This document shows, piece by piece, positions 62,812-64,000 of a stretch of DNA of 64,000 nt (positions are counted from its first letter, which is position 1; every line of letters starts with the position of its first letter). The position numbers were made by a program, and so were the translations under genes. The notes below the pieces were generated by a model that saw only the letters and a list, made by a program, of their open reading frames with translations, did no database searches and was not told the origin of the DNA. Source of the stretch: an uncultured delta proteobacterium (GTDB lineage Bacteria > Myxococcota_A > Polyangia > Fen-1088). The stretch is from positions 128,001 through 192,000 of the forward strand of contig CAWCMR010000015.1 in NCBI GenBank assembly GCA_963796685.1. Reading direction: 5' to 3'.

Positions 62812-63258
62812 TCACGGCTCCGTTGACCAGTCTAGAAGACGAAGCGGCACCCGTAAAGACTTGCCGAGCTCCTCGAAGTCTCGCCGGTTCCTGGTGACCA
62901 GCGGCAGCTGTCGTGACACGGCGATGCCCGCGATGAGGATGTCCCCGAGCTGGCATCGTCGACTTGCCGACACGCGGCTCCAGATCTCACCGGCGACGCC
63001 GGCCGCGCTCTCGTCGAACGGCAAGACGTCCGAGCTTGCGGCCAGGGTTTGGAATGCCTGCATCTGTCGCTGGTAGGGTCGACCGTTGCGAATCGCAAGG
63101 CGGTATCCGCGCAACCGTTCGAAGACAGTTATGGCGGTGATGGTGAGGCGTCCGAATCTCGACAAATAGGCCAGGGCCCGCTCGCAGACTCGCGTGTTTC
63201 CACGGCTCAGCTCCGATAGCGTATCGGTGTCTAGCAGGACGGGTTCGGTGTCAGTCAA
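62812..63258 (-). CDS. PIN-domain (VapC-like) toxin
   Basis: LLDTDTLS, ITVFE...G, PFD..AA, DILIAGIA and LVTRNRRDF. Confidence 0.9.
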   Translation of the reverse strand: MTDTEPVLLDTDTLSELSRGNTRVCERALAYLSRFGRLTITAITVFERLRGYRLAIRNGRPYQRQMQAFQTLAASSDVLPFDESAAGVAGEIWSRVSASRRCQLGDILIAGIAVSRQLPLVTRNRRDFEELGKSLRVPLRLLDWSTEP

Positions 63259-63259
63259 C

Positions 63260-63544
63260 CTACCGCCCAGCTTCGGTCAGCCTCGTGGTCAGAGTGCGAA
63301 GGTCGGAACCCTGGATGTCTGCCAGGCTTGCCGTGGCGAGCGCGAGTATCGCTTCAGGGCGCGGCGCAATGTCTACATCCTCGCCATAGTGTCGTCGCAG
63401 AAGGGCAACGACCTGGGCCTCGAAACTGCGTCCGCACCTCTCTGCGTCCAGGGCGATTTTAGCACGCAGGGCGCCCGGGAATCGGATGGTCCGACCAACC
63501 TGTCCCGCCTGGCGAATGCTTGCTGAAGCCAATGTGCGACTCAT
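63260..63544 (-). CDS. Arc/RHH-like putative antitoxin
   Basis: TIRFPGALRAKIALDAERCGRSFEAQVVALL is an Arc-like pattern; 1 nt upstream of the PIN gene. Confidence 0.7.
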   Translation of the reverse strand: MSRTLASASIRQAGQVGRTIRFPGALRAKIALDAERCGRSFEAQVVALLRRHYGEDVDIAPRPEAILALATASLADIQGSDLRTLTTRLTEAGR

Positions 63545-63586
63545 AACCAAAAAAGTACCAGACTGGTGTTGCCGAGGCAAGGCCAA

Positions 63587-63637
63587 GGCACCTTTCCACG
63601 ACGGACGCACGCCCCCAATCGGAGCGATGGCGGGTGG
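63587..63637. repeat. 51-bp dispersed repeat, copy 2
   Basis: 45/51 identical to 2328-2378; lies between atpC and the TA module. Confidence 0.85.
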
Positions 63638-63791
63638 ATGGCGGTCCGGAACAAGCCGGCTACTCCTACGGCCTGCGTCTCGCCAAGATCACTACGCCGA
63701 CGATCGACAGCGGGTCTGGTCGGCATCCCGGAGGAGGTCACCCCTGATCCGATGCCGATCACCTCTCCGGGTCGCAACGGATGCGCAAATT

Positions 63792-64000
63792 CTAGTGCGG
63801 CGCCACCCTATTCGCGGCGTCGACCTGGGCTGCGGCCCAGGCCCGGCGGTCTTGCATCGGCCCAAGCTCGGCCATGCTCTCGGCCTTGGTCTTGGCGAGC
63901 TCGGCGTCGGCGGCACCCAGCTCGCGCTGGGCGGCTTCGCGGTCGATGTCCTTGCCGTGCTCGCCCCGGTTGACCAGGACCTCGATCTTGTCGCTCTGGT
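63792..64000 (-). CDS. atpC: ATP synthase epsilon subunit, C-terminal part (runs off the window; not in the ORF track)
   Basis: Manual translation QSDKIEVLVNRGEHGKDIDREAAQRELGAADAEL...RRAWAAAQVDAA fits the epsilon beta-to-helical-hairpin junction. Confidence 0.75.
   Translation of the reverse strand, partial: QSDKIEVLVNRGEHGKDIDREAAQRELGAADAELAKTKAESMAELGPMQDRRAWAAAQVDAANRVAPH

Overview
GC-rich bacterial chromosomal segment, most consistent with a Myxococcota (Polyangia-like) genome. This is inferred from the DUF6178-like gene, the Gly-rich lipoproteins and a myxobacterial kinase remnant. About 58 genes. Housekeeping content: cysE, lipA, queD, tkt, a complete isc operon (iscS-iscU-iscA-hscB-hscA-fdx), lspA, an EF-G paralogue, rrf2-metX-metW-hemN, hemG/Y, alr, tex, trxA and the 3' end of atpC. 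A low-oxygen neighbourhood contains fprA-rubredoxin, aspA-like-hydF, two di-haem lipoproteins and a cheA-MCP(hemerythrin)-cheW-cheB-cheR operon. Accessory inserts are an ABC-type ATPase plus TOPRIM-like gene pair and an Arc-like/PIN toxin-antitoxin pair. No rRNA, tRNA, CRISPR array or transposase was recognised. Most notable: (1) the isc operon is headed by a Cys-rich MerR-family regulator with its own palindromic operator instead of IscR/Rrf2; (2) a PARIS-like candidate defence pair is translationally coupled to hemG; (3) intergenic gaps hold several non-coding hairpin or repeat families (6-, 8- and 9-nt periodic palindromes, a GTAG REP doublet, a CTAG-ended MITE-like element, and a 51-bp dispersed repeat in front of the TA module). 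Several single-base frameshifts (hybrid kinase, hscB, cheW, NDP-sugar synthase) look like assembly errors. All assignments come from motif recognition by eye; no database searches were run.
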